From: Mytilus trossulus
Lineage: Eukaryota
Reading direction: 5' to 3'
DNA length: 64,000 bases
Assembly: GCF_036588685.1 (NCBI RefSeq)
Contig: NC_086381.1
Span: 22,134,001 to 22,198,000, forward strand
The notes below the pieces were generated by a model, which searched no databases, was not told the origin of the DNA, and saw only the letters and a list, made by a program, of their open reading frames with translations. A program made the position numbers and the translations under genes. Positions 1-12,800 of the stretch are shown one piece after another. The stretch's first letter is position 1, and every line of letters starts with the position of its first letter.

Positions 1-700
1 ACCGGACACATTTTTTGAACTAGATACCCCAATAACAATTGTGGCCAAGTTTGATTGAATTTGGCCCAGTAGTTTCAGAGGAGAAGATTTTTGTAAAAGA
101 TTACTTTAATTTAAGAAAAATGGTTAAAAATTGACTATAAAGGACAATAACTCCTTAACGGGTCAACTGACCATTTCAGTCATGATGACTTATTTGTAAA
201 TCTAACTTTGCTGAACATTATTGCTGTTTACAGTTTATCTCTATCTATAATAATATTCAAGATAATAACCAAAAACTGCAAAATTTCCACAAAATTACCA
301 ATTCAGGGGCAGCAACCCAACAACAGGTTGACCGATTCATCTGAAAATTTCAGGGCAGATAGATCTTGACCTGATAAATATTTTTACCCCGTGTCAGATT
401 TCCTCTAAATCCTTTGGTTTTTGAGTTATAAGCCAAAAACTGCATTTTACCCCCATGTTCTATTTTTAGCCGTGGCGGCCATCTTGGTTGGTTGACCGGG
501 TAACGCCACACATTTTTTAAACTAGATACCCCAATGATGATTGTGGCCAAGTTTGGTTCAATTTGGCCCAGTAGTTTCAGAGGAGAAGATTTTTGTAAAA
601 GTTAACAACGACGACGGACGCCGGACGACGGACGACGACGGACGCCGGACGCAAAGTGATGGGAAAAGCTCACTTGGCCCTTCGGGCCAGGTGAGCTAAA
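1..700 (-). mobile_element. Non-autonomous Helentron/Helitron-type element (HINE-like), truncated by the window edge
   Basis: Terminal hairpin AGCTCACTTGGCCC-TTC-GGGCCAGGTGAGCT (~668-697) next to a GAC/GACG microsatellite (~607-650), then ~500-bp internal repeat units (GGCCCAGTAGTTTCAGAGGAGAAGATTTTTGTAAAA at ~63 and ~565). Reverse-strand homolog of 12340-13617. Confidence 0.8.
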
Positions 701-2040
701 AAAATAGGGATATATTCAAACAATGTTGGTTGAAAGTCAACCATACTAGCAAATGGATATGACAATTAAAAAAGGGCCTTCTTTTTTCTTTAGGGGTCTC
801 ATCCCATATAGAGCTATATAGAGAAAACTAGCTCTAACCCTAACCTAACCATAGCAGTGTACCACGATTTCCCGAGAAATACAAGAACAACGTAATATCT
901 CAATCAAAGTGATGGAAATCACTCATGGAAAGATTAGAAATGTAAACAAATTAAAAAAACTTATTTTATTGAAATGAGGATTCTTTTTTGATTGCAAAAA
1001 TATATATTCCCTTCTAATAAAAATTCAAATGACTAAAATAGACATTATAATTGATAGGGAATACACTAATAAACAATGGTTTGTTATAATTAAACGTTTT
1101 CAAATTTTAAAACTGTTTCAAGCCAAATCCTGATAAAAAATAAGTTAACTAATCTAAATTCTTTATTATTGGAAATTTATTAAGAAAATTTTAGGCCTTA
1201 CTTTGCTGTTGTTTTCTCTATGGTCGGGTTGTTGTCTCTTTGACACATTCCCCATTTCCATTCTCAATCTTACTTGAATACCTTTTATATATTCATATTC
1301 ATATTCATATTTCATTTTTTTTAAAGATCTTGTTAATCCATTAATCATTTATCTTTCAGACATAATTTATAGAATCACTTTATGTAATGTAGATCAAAAG
1401 AAATAGGCAATAAATAAATCTATCATCCTTGTATATATCAAACATCTAATGTAAACATTTGTGCATTCAATTATGAGGGTAAATATTTGTATATTGAATT
1501 GTATATTGATGGGTATGTATAACTATGTAAGACAGAGGTTGAAAGATAATGACCAGTGATATTGTCACAGTTTGCCTAAAATAAGTGGAGAATAAAGGCT
1601 TTTTCCCCTGGAGAAGAATCCCAATTTGAAAAAAAATTGCTTAAACTTATTCCCCAAAAGACAACTTTTTCCCCAAACAGTGCAGTCCCAGTAGTAATAG
1701 TGCATGAATTCAAACTGAAAAACACTCATTTAAACAATTTTCTTGCCTAAAATGACTATATGTGCACATTTGAGGGTCTATTTATGTATCATCACTGATA
1801 AAAGGAGGTCTTATTTTAAAACAGGGTTTTACTCTTGAAAATGGGTCTGTAAATTGAAGTGGTTTATTTTAAATTTCCCAATTTGATGAAAATGACGCAT
1901 ATTTTCCCAATAAAAACATTTGAAAAAAGGGTAGAGGTAGTTTTGAAAAAAGCCAACAATATCAGACAAGACAAGACAAGTACTTTATTAGAGTCTCACC
2001 TCAAAATTGACATACATTTATACATTAATAATTACATTAG

Positions 2041-2322
2041 ATGTATGTTTCATTATAATACGTTATTCTGATTGGCTAATTGCACATCACATGTTATTCC
2101 GTAAGCAGTTGCATGAGACAATAACATTTCATTCATGATGACACGAGGTCCCACAATAAAGTGCACAGGTGAATTTAAAAATTTAACTTCATGAAAATCG
2201 TGTTTTTATAATCCTAGCTAAAAAGTGTAATTATAAGTATTGATTCCGCGCTTCATACAAAATGTACTTCGGTCAACGCTTTTACACCCAATAAATTTAC
2301 AAAAAGAAGTATTCAATTCTTA
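2041..2322. repeat. Probable short non-autonomous dispersed repeat
   Basis: Resembles a mollusc interspersed repeat family recognised from memory. Internal near-direct repeat AAGTATTGATTC/AAGTATTCAATTC. No second copy in the window; superfamily unassigned. Confidence 0.35.
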
Positions 2323-2407
2323 AATAAAATAACAATAATATTTAAAACAAAATGAGCCACTCTAAAAAGAGTTATGAGAGACTATAAAATTTCTAAAAAA
2401 CACATTA

Positions 2408-2760
2408 TTATCTACAGGTATATAAAATACCTTTTCTTTTTAATAATACATCATAGCAGATTTTGGCTAAAAAGTAACACACATTTTCACCAGTGAATAA
2501 AAATTTGAATTTATCATCATCAGACAAATCAACAAAATCACAATTATAAGAGCTAGCATGTCTAAATAAAATAGCTCGCAAATCTGCATATACTGGGCAG
2601 TTAATTAACACATGTTTCTCATCTTCAATAATATTATTTTTCTTACATTAATTGCTCATTAAAACATAATCTATTGTCAACCATAATGCCTTCATATCGA
2701 CCAGTTTTTATTCTCAGAGGTGCAACACCACATCTAAATTTAGCATATATGCACTCTTAT
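2408..2760 (-). pseudogene. 3'-terminal fragment of a degenerate non-LTR retrotransposon ORF2
   Basis: Minus strand reads AKFRCGVAPLRIKTGRYEG...IEDEKHVLINCPVYADLR, the C-terminal Cys/His region typical of APE-type LINE ORF2. The frame is disrupted. Confidence 0.7.
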
Positions 2761-2905
2761 ATTTTCCAGGCATATTAATACATAAATATTTTTCTCTATT
2801 AAATAACCTTTTTTCCGTTAGAAACAATATTACTGTATACGATACTATTTGTTCCAGTGGAAATACTATTCCATGATATTTCTTCCAATAGGAACTTTAA
2901 TATAT

Positions 2906-4331
2906 GGCACTGGCTACGGTTACATGGAAATGTAACAATAATAAAAATATTATTGTTACATAGGAGACTAAATGCCGGAATGCAAAGGCGGATAAAGAAC
3001 CGATTAATTAAGAATGTAACAATAATTACTGAGCATGCTGAGGCTACAGTTACATGGCGTTATTGTTACATGAAAAACAGCAATCATTAAACTTAAATCT
3101 TGCATAGTTTTGTTGCCTTAATATTGCATATGTACGAAATAAAACTTGTAATAATGATAAATAATAAATATTATCGTTAACAAATGGTGTTTAAACTGTT
3201 TTTTCTAAAGTATAAATGGTTTTGGTGTTATAAAGATACTACTTTTGATAAGTAGTGCCAAAGGCGAAAATATAGACCAATGGTTTGTTGTTGAGAACTC
3301 AGGCTGAGAAAAGTGTCCACTTTAAATATTTAATTGCACACCTACTCGTATTACTGTCATTATTCAATGCACAATGGATGAAGAGATTCTTGTGACCAAT
3401 TTTGTTGTGGGTGAAAAATTTAAAACTTGGGATTCGTTTCACGACGTTTGAAACAAAACTGAAACAATATCAAGACACAAATTTCATTCAGCTTTACAAA
3501 CGCAGTTCTAAAAAAATTGATTCATCTATAACAAAGTTTGCTAACTGTGAAGTAAAATACTGTGAACTTCGGTATACATGTATCCACGGAGGACGTAATT
3601 TCGTTTCAAAATCAGATGGAGCTCGATTAAACCAAAGGTAAGTTATTTTAACCTATAAACGAATATCAATGGGTCAAAATATTCATTTCATTTCATAATT
3701 CAAAGTTTGAATTGACACAGACCAAGTCTCCAACTCTTTTTTGCCATCTTTCAACGACATATTTGCTACATCTACATCATTTAAATGCAGAGGGTCTAAG
3801 ACCCATTACGCATGTAAGTTAAGTCATTCAATATGGTGCTCATTAAAAACATTTTTATATGTGAAATTAAAATCAAATGTTTGTTTTATGACAAAAAGGG
3901 ATATCGCAGAATGGAACTGTACAGTATGTGATACGGACGTTCACAGTGCGGCATCACTGGTGTGTGATGGCTGCATGGAGTGGTTTCACCAAAAAAGTGT
4001 CGGACTCAGAAATGCTCCAAAAACCACTTACTGGATATGTAGAAAATGTCATTGCAAATAAATAATTAAAGAATTTATATTTAATAATTGTATGTATTGT
4101 AAATATAAAATAAATGTCTTTAATTTTTATTATCTAGTACATTTTAATAGACCCATCGTATATTGCTATTTTTCATGTAACAATAACGCTATGTAATCGT
4201 AGCCTCAGTAATTATTGTTACATTCGTAATTAATCGGTTCCTTACCCGACTTTGAATTCCGGTATCTAGTCTCCTATGTAACAATAATATTTTTATTATT
4301 GTTACATTTCCATGTAATCGTAGCCAGTGCC
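2906..4331 (+). mobile_element. Mutator-like (MULE) DNA transposon, internally deleted and non-autonomous
   Basis: ~180-bp imperfect TIRs (GGCACTGGCTAC at 2906; GTAGCCAGTGCC ending 4331) and an exact 9-bp TSD TTAATATAT (2897-2905, 4332-4340). Inside: a frameshifted N-terminal remnant (MDEE...VGEKF / KLKQYQDTNFIQLYKRSS...YCELRYTCIHGG, ~3374-3637) and a C-terminal PHD finger (CTVC...CDGCMEWFH...WICRKC, ~3910-4061). No DDE core. Confidence 0.85.
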
Positions 4332-4540
4332 TTAATATATTATGATGGAACCTATATTCCGTGACAACCATAACCATGAATAAACTCTAGTCTTACTTTA
4401 AAGTATGGGGACCATTTAAGTAAAAGAAGGCCATTAAAAGGTTGTCATATCCTTAATTTGGAATTATAAGTTTGACTCCAAATTTCAAAATAATTTCAAA
4501 TTTCAAAATAAACATGTAATCCTTAGGTGCAAAACTCTTT

Positions 4541-7500
4541 TTGACGCTTTCAGCTATTATTCTTGTCACATATGCCTCTGTCATCTTGTGCATACCAAGA
4601 CAAAAACATCATGAAAAACTGTCAACAGATGAGTTCAAAACAACTTTCTATATCAAAGCTATGTCATGGAAAGACATCACCCCAAGCCTTTGTCTTCAAG
4701 CACAAAGACTAAAAATTCCAATTAATAAGAACAAACTGCCAAGAATCCTGAAAACATTTTTGCTACTTACACTTATATTATCAAATGACATTCATCAAAA
4801 TCCAGGACCCATAAAATATCCATGCGCAATCTGTAATAAATCAGTCAACAGCAACCATAGAGCTGTATCATGTGACAATTGTCAACTATGGGTTCACATC
4901 AAATGTGGTAACATAAGTCCAGAAGATTATAACAAACTGAGTAAATGTGAGAACATAACATGGTCATGTCCAAAATGTAAAATAATTTTAACTGGTACAA
5001 CAATCGAACAAAATAAGCATACAGAACCAATAGTAAACAGCAAAAACAACAGCTTAAACACCTCCAGTACATCAACCGGAAGTGATAGATCAGAGATGAA
5101 TAATGAAAATGATAAAGGATTACTTACCATACTTACAATGAATTGTCGTAGTTTGCGAAGTGAAGCTAAACGAAACATGCTCCAGACAATAATTGAAACA
5201 CATGAACCACACATAGTTCATCTGCAAGAAACACATCTTGACAAAACCATATCAACAGCAGAAATATTAGACCCAGAACAATATGAGATAGTCTGTAAAG
5301 ACCGAATAAATGAAAAAGGTCATGAAGGCGGCGGCATAATTAATGCTGTACGTAAGAACATTGTATGCAACGGAGAAGACACACTAGACACTAACTGTGA
5401 AATAGGATGGACAAAGATACAACTGAAAGGCTGTAAAGCCCTCTACACTGGCTGTTATTATCGTAAACCAGATAATGACCCTACCCCATTACAGAACTTG
5501 AATACTTCAATTAGTAGATTAACGCATAATAATACTCTGCCTTACATAATACTTATTGGAGATTTCAATTTACCAGATATTGATTGGGATGAAGAAGACT
5601 CAAATGGAGGATACACCATCAAATCAAGCCATAACTATTCCAACAAAATTAATAAACTAGCATTAGACATTGTTGAGGAACACTGCTTGCAACAATGTGT
5701 CACAGAACCAACCAGGGAAAAGAACATTCTAGATCTTGTTCTCACAACTAATGATAATCTAGTACAGAAAATGAGCATTACTGATGGAATGAGTGATCAT
5801 CAGATGATAATTACAACTGTCAATGCAAGACCAAAGGTAATTAAGAACAAGCCCAGAAAAGTCTATCAATATAAGAAGGGAAATATGGAAAAAGTTCAAG
5901 AATATTTGAACAGCAAATATGAAAATTTCAAGGAGAAGATAACTGAAATGAACATCGAAGAGTACTGGACTCTATTTAAAACTCACCTTTTTCAAGCAAT
6001 GGACCTACATATACCATCCAAAAATCTGACATCGAGATTTAACTTACCTTGGGTGAATCAACACATCAAGAAGATGATACGTAAAAAAGAACGACTATAT
6101 AAAGTTGCAAAGAAATACCAAACTAAAGAGCACTGGGATAAATTCAAGCAATATAGAAAAGCAGTAAAGACAGAACTTGATATATATCACATAAGAAGTA
6201 TATATTTGATATGTTAGAAGTAAGTCCATCAACATCAGAAGCTTCAACAAACACACAAGACCAATACAGAATAGGGAAAAAGTACTGGAAATACATCAAA
6301 TCTAAAAAGAGAGAAACAGTGGGAGTATCAACACTCAAAGTTAATGGAGAAATATTAGACAACAGCAAAGGAAAAGCAGAAGCACTTAATGAACAATTTC
6401 AATCAGTATTCACGATTGAAGACTTTCAAAGCTTCCCTAAGATAACTGAAAATGAAACATCAAAAATACCAAGCCTACACATTAGTACAGAAGGGTTAAT
6501 CAAACTACTAAAGGGAGTGAACCCAAGCAAGGCAAATGGTCCAGACAATATATCGTGTAGAATATTGAAAGAGTGTGCAGAGTCAATATCACCATATTTA
6601 CAGTTAATCTACACCAAAACACTAAAAGATCAAAGTGTACCACAAGACTGGCTTATTGCAAATGTCATCGCACTATTCAAGAAAGGGGATAAGAGTCAAC
6701 CGGTCAACTATCGACCAGTATCCTTGACATCAGTTCCATGTAAAATAATGGAACATATTATATTTAAACACATAATGAACCATCTTGAGAAGTATAATAT
6801 ACTTGTGGACTTCCAGCATGGCTTCAGAAGCAAAAGATCGTGTGAGTCACAACTAGTCATAACAGCAGAGGATATAACTAGAAATCTGGACAATAACCAA
6901 CAGGTAGATATGCTCATATTAGACTTTAGTAAAGCATTCGACACAGTACCACACCAGCGATTGTTGAAGAAACTAGCATCATATGGTATCGATGGAAACA
7001 TACTTGCATGGTTAGAAGCTTGGCTGACAAAAAGAGAACAACAAGTCACACTGGAAGGAGAAAGATCAAGTACTGCTAAAGTAACATCTGGCGTACCACA
7101 GGGAACAGTTTTAGGACCATTGCTGTTTCTCCTATACATAAACGACATCGGGAATGACATAACATCAAAAATTCGCCTGTTTGCAGATGAGTGCCTACTC
7201 TACCTAGCAATCTCGTCAAAGGATGACTGCAAACATCTACAAGAAGATCTCGACAAAATGGTAAAATGGACAAAAATTTGGCAAATGATATTCAATCCTT
7301 CAAAATGCTATGTCCTTACAATAACCAAAAAAAGGAAAACCATCAACTTCAACTACAACATTAATGGTCATATCCTGGAATCAGTTGCATCAAACCCATA
7401 CCTAGGAGCTGAACTCACCAACACCCAGATGTCATGGGACAAACATGTTAACAAAGTTGTCACCAAAGGAAATAAAGCACTAGGCTTCATACGAAGAAAT

Positions 7501-8214
7501 GTGGGATCATGTCCAGAGGAAGTTAAAAAACATGCCTATCTTGCCCTTGTCCGACCGCACCTTGAATACCCTTGCAGCGCATGGGACCCTCACCTACAAA
7601 AACATATTTATCAGATTGAGATGGTCCAACGCCGTGCAGCACGCTTTATCAAAAGCAATTACTCAGTAGCCTGGAACAGTAACAACTCTTCTAGAAGAAT
7701 AAAATTTAACACCACTAGAAATAAGACGAAAAGTAGCATACATGTATAACACTCTTTCATAAAGCCATCCATGAAAGAGTTGCTATATCTATTCCAACGC
7801 ACATTATAAAACCAAGAAGAACGTCGAGACTCCATCAACCGAAAAACTAAAAGATATGTACAAATAAGGCCAAATAAAGATATATACAAATACAGCTTTT
7901 TCCCTAGGACCATCAGAGACTGGAATACACTACCAGATGAACTATTAGAGATCGAGAGCAGTGAGGAATTCAAGACCAAACTCACCAAGCTCCTCTGTAG
8001 TGGCTAGCAACACAGACAGTCGATACTGGTAGAAAATGTTTTTAACCTGCACCTGTATATAAATTTTTAGCACAATTTTGGAACAATTGGTTGTAAATAT
8101 AGAAAGTTTATTGTCATGTTGGAGGACGCCAAAAGTTAACCCATACTTGAGTGATGGGTCGAAGTATCCTTTTCAAGTGACGACATAGCTCCGCTATGTC
8201 GTAGATGTAGATGT
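4541..8214 (+). mobile_element. CR1-group (CR1/L2/Crack-like) LINE: 2A-like motif, PHD, APE endonuclease, reverse transcriptase; decayed
   Basis: ORF 4541-6217 has DIHQNPGP, a PHD finger (CAIC...CDNCQLWVHIKC...WSCPKC) and APE motifs (LQETHL, GDFNLP, LDLVL, SDH). After a frameshift, ORF 6211-7749 has RT motifs NYRPVSLTS, QHGFR, LDFSKAFD, GVPQGTVLGPLLF and FADE. A second frameshift lies near 7660. The C-terminal YKYSFFPRTIRDWNTLP is followed by a (GTAGAT)n tail ending ~8214. The 5' end is uncertain. Confidence 0.9.
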
Positions 8215-9104
8215 TCAGTCCAACTTCTGTCCTGACTCGTGACCTCGAACTTTGACCACAAGATTTCTTGGAAAATTCGTCTTTCCTTACAATAAAAAGT
8301 CCCAAAACCTTAATCCCATACAAAGTTGATATCAATTGACATAGACTATCTTACAAATAAGCAAAAGTTTCTCAGAATGCCTTACATAAAATCACAACCA
8401 TGTGGCTCAGCTTACGGGACAAGCTACCCAGTGTTTACCTTTTTTAAAAGAGCAGACGAATTGTTTTCGAATCCGGATAATCTATTTACTTTTTTATCCA
8501 CCTTTAAAATTCATATTTCAATTTTACATTTTTTTAAATAATACCTTTCAATCTGTTTGTCTTGTTGTCATGTTAAAAACAAAATATACAATAAATGACA
8601 TTCGAAACTATCGAGTACCTGTTTGGAAAAGTTCCGAAAGGGGTCATGTGCTTTGACCTGACCGCAGTTGATTGATGACTTTAACCGAGATTTTTTAGAT
8701 CATGTCAAACGGCATCGAATCAAAATAGGAACGATTTGAAGATTTAAGATTTTTCTGCTCTCGGCAATTTAGCCAAATAGTAAGTGCACAGTTGAGAATG
8801 ACGAAGTTATGCACAGATTATTTTAATATGTGACAACAGGCACACAAATAAAAAGTAGGGCAACAAACAAAACAGTTATTTTATCGTGTATAGAAATACA
8901 TAAACATGTACTTTAGATCAGCTGATATTCGAATTAATGCATAAAAAGGTTTGTGTTAACGATCATCTTATTACGATTGCACTTATATATAAATATGTAC
9001 ATAATAATGTTATATAATTCTGTAAGAGTCCTTAACTTAGATTCTGACCTCAGGATATAGACATTTACATGATATTATTTCTACTGCAAACTTTTCATGT
9101 CTGA

Positions 9105-9235
9105 GTTATGAGAATGGTCATAATTTACGGAATTGGTTATATACAGGACTTGTTTTCACAGTAAGTTTGTTATGAGAATGGTCATAATTTACGGAATTGG
9201 TTACATGCAGGACTTGTTTTCACAGTAAGTTTGTT
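9105..9235. repeat. Local tandem duplication, 2 x ~64 bp
   Basis: GTTATGAGAATGGTCATAATTTACGGAATTGGTTA...GGACTTGTTTTCACAGTAAGTTTGTT starts at 9105 and again at 9169. Confidence 0.85.
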
Positions 9236-9266
9236 CATCTAAAATAAATCCAATCATGGTGTTACT

Positions 9267-9428
9267 AATACACCTTATCACTAATTTTTTTTTACTGGAT
9301 ATCACACAGGTTCCAGTAAAATTTGGCGTCACAAAACAAAACATCTGACGCCACAATGGAAAAGTGATTGTTGTATGCGTCAAAAGTTCAAGCGGCTGGG
9401 TCAGCCGGGATTAGTGATAAGGTGTATA
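9267..9428. mobile_element. Short inverted-repeat element (MITE-like)
   Basis: TACACCTTATCACTAAT (~9269) is inverted as ATTAGTGATAAGGTGTA (~9410-9426). Confidence 0.55.
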
Positions 9429-9853
9429 ACAAGTAGCTTACATGTTGGTCTATTTTAAGTTTATGAAGCTATTTTTATCTTGTCTGCTGGTCCTTAGAAT
9501 ATAAATTTTATATAAAACTTAAACACAATACTCATTATTACAAAACATAGCCCTCATTGTAATTTGGTTGGTTTTACTTTTAGAGTTCATGAGTAATGCA
9601 TCTTTATGAATAAAAAAAAAGCTAAATCTGTTGTTTCTGTAGCTTTAACATGTTAAGTTTGCCTCAACCAAATGTTATGGAACTCAAACAGTCTATAACA
9701 GTAATCCATATAACCCCCCTCATATATATCATGTATATATACAAACTTTCTAATTAAAAAATAATATACTTTAAAGTTTTGAATCTATATAAAATCATGA
9801 TTATGTCAGATACTGCTTAGCAGCAATATTTTATTCTTTTACATTTATTTTAG

Positions 9854-12800
9854 ATGGTTGTGATTACATGTAACTGTTTGAATGTTAAACTGAGCAGCAA
9901 ACAAAACCCCAACACAGCTGTATTTGAATTCTTGACAGGTAAATTTAATTTTACACTGTAATTCAGCAACATGCAAAATTAAAAGCAAAGCAAAGACAGA
10001 ATAATGTGCCCTGATAGTCATGATAGTGAAACTTCTCTTTCTGCAAAAACACATTGTGAACTTTCCCCTTAAAAATATGACTCTGACACCATATATTTAT
10101 CTAGTGCAAAGCAGAACTTATAATATTCATATCATATATTCTCCTGATTTATCTTGATATGCATGTAATATTTGCCACTGGACATTTAATACCATTTATT
10201 TCACTTGAACATAAGTATATAGTCATAGTACATGTTTTGTAAAATTGTATATTTATATATATGTAAATATACAAAGATGGTAAATGATGGCACAGTGCAA
10301 AATTTTTAATTTATTCTGTTAGCTGTGAACATTTAGTAGAATTATTATAATTATCTTACACATTTTATGGAAATTATATACAGTATTTAGATTATTTTTT
10401 TTATGTTATTGAGGAATTAGTGTCATTTTAATCGAATTTGTATGTATTTTTTACAGACAGTGGATCAGAAAACACACCATTTTACCCGAATAAAGTGTTA
10501 CTAGTAGAAGTTATTGACCCAGGAATTACTATTGTAAGTGTAAAGACCTATTTTATCTTATAGTCAAGTGGTTTGTAAGTATACAGCACTGATGAACTAT
10601 TTAATTGTAGTCAAGCTAATATTTTGTATAATTATTGTTCTCTGTGATGATGGTGAAAATTTGTTAATTTTTAGGGGAAAATGTAGAGGTTAATTCCCTT
10701 ATAATGAAAAGCTTAAATTTTGAAATAAGAAAAAATGTTGATTTAATTTTTGTATTCACCATTTTCAGTCATGTCAGCGTTAATTATTAATGTTAAATTG
10801 ATAAACTCTAAATTCAGAAATTCATGAGAGATTTTTATTTATGGGAATAGTTCAATTGGGTTTAAGTATTGCAATAATTAGAATTTACATTTTGATGTCT
10901 GGTAAATGCATCTGTGGAATTTTCATAAATCACAATAACTAATCTCATAAATTGTCCATTCTTCATAAATCATAATAATACATTCTTGCTATAATTTCTT
11001 AATTATTAGAAATTCTTTAGGACTTGTTAAATGTAAGATTATCAAAAAAACTTTATAAAATAATCACTAATCATAGTACATATCTTCCTCCATCTGCCTT
11101 ACATATGTAAGTACTCTATAATCAGCACACATTCCTGTCTATTTTGATTTTAGTGTTAAAAAACACTGAAATTTCAAGATGGAGCTCAGTTTTAAGGAAT
11201 TCTATATAGAAAGTATTATTTAGCTGCATATAATTGTAAAACTTTCCTCAAAACTTAAAATATGTTTATTAAGAAAATTACTGAAAAATACATAAGTTTC
11301 CTATGTCATGTATGGCTTACATGTTTCATTATCTTATTTTCATGCATTCTAGTTAAATGACAAAAAAAATCTGTTGCATGAATCATCTTTCAATAACAAA
11401 TATAAAAAAAGAAGATGTGGTATGATTGCCAATGAGACAACTCTCCACAAGAGACCAAACGACACAGAAGTTAACAACTATAGGTCAACATACAGCCTTC
11501 AACAATGAGCAAAGCCCATACCGCATAGTCAGCTATAAAAAGCCCTGAAATGACAATGTAAAACAATTCAAACGAGAAAACTTTGGGCCTAATGCTATTC
11601 ATATGTTTAACCTTTATCAGGGAAGTATTTCATTTTTTTTTGGAAAGAATACTGAAACTTTTTCTAAATATCATTACAATTATTTTTTCCCTAGGAGCAA
11701 GATTACCTAGTTCATCGACAGCCAATTGGAGAATGGCTTGTTCACAGCTGCTTGAACTGTGGACTAGATGTCTATGCAACTAAACCAAGATCTTCAAGAT
11801 TACTAATCAATCAAAAAGTGCAGGTATGGGTAAATTACTGATCAACTTAACATTGCAGATTATATGTTATCGATTTTAATGGTGTTGGTTATCCATTCAA
11901 TTTCAGAAATAAAATCACAATTCTGCAAATGTTTGTTACACTTTTATAACATGGATAAAAGTATTTCAAGAAGCATTACTTTAAATGCAAGTAAATGAAT
12001 TGTACAGTCATATAACTTATATGAGAAGATGGGGTATGAGTACCAATGGGACAACTCTTCATCCAAGTCACAATTTGTAATAGGAAACCAGTTTAGGTCT
12101 AGATGCATTCTTCAACACAGAGCTTATATATTGTATATACATTGTAGTTGTTGTGGCATACATTTTGTAGTGGCATGGCAAGGCAGTTTAAATTGTAACA
12201 TCATCTTTATTCAAACATGACATAAGGGACCTTCCCTTACAAAATACCAGAGCCTGTCACCATGACAAATAGTGCACAAAATTTTAAATTGTGATATTTC
12301 ATCCCCCCTAAAAAAAGTCACATGCTGTGTTGTCTTGTTATAGCTCACCGGGCTCGAAGGGTCAAGTGAGCTTTTCCCATCACCTGGTGTCAGTCGTCGT
12401 CCGGCGTTAACTTTTACAAAAATCTTCTCCTCTGAAACTACTGGGCCAAATTAATTCAAACTTGGCCACAATCATCTTTGGGGTATCTAGTTAAAAATTT
12501 GTGTTTTTTGACAGGGCCAATCAACCAAGATGGCCGCCATGGCTAAAAATAGAACATAGGGGTAAAATGCAGTTTTTGGCTTATAACTCAAAAACCAAAG
12601 CATTTAGAGCAAATCTGACATGGGGTAAAATTGTTTATCAGGTCAAGATCTATCTGCCCTGAAATTTTCAGATGAATCTGACTACTCGTTGTTAGGTTGC
12701 TGCCCCTGAATTGGTTATTTTAAGGAAATTTTGCAGTTTTTGGTTATTATCTTGAATATTATTATAGATGGATATAAACTGTAAACAGCAATAATGTTCA

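Noticed and set aside
2857-4377. Similar ORFs 2857-3090 (+) and 4189-4377 (-) as duplicated genes
   Set aside because: They are translations of the two MULE TIRs.
4927-7988. Minus-strand ORFs overlapping the LINE (also those antisense to the kinase, NRT2 and C1q genes)
   Set aside because: These are antisense shadows of real coding frames, with no independent motifs.
8215-8600. Possible first exon of a divergent minus-strand gene
   Set aside because: No convincing ATG-to-donor open frame was found.
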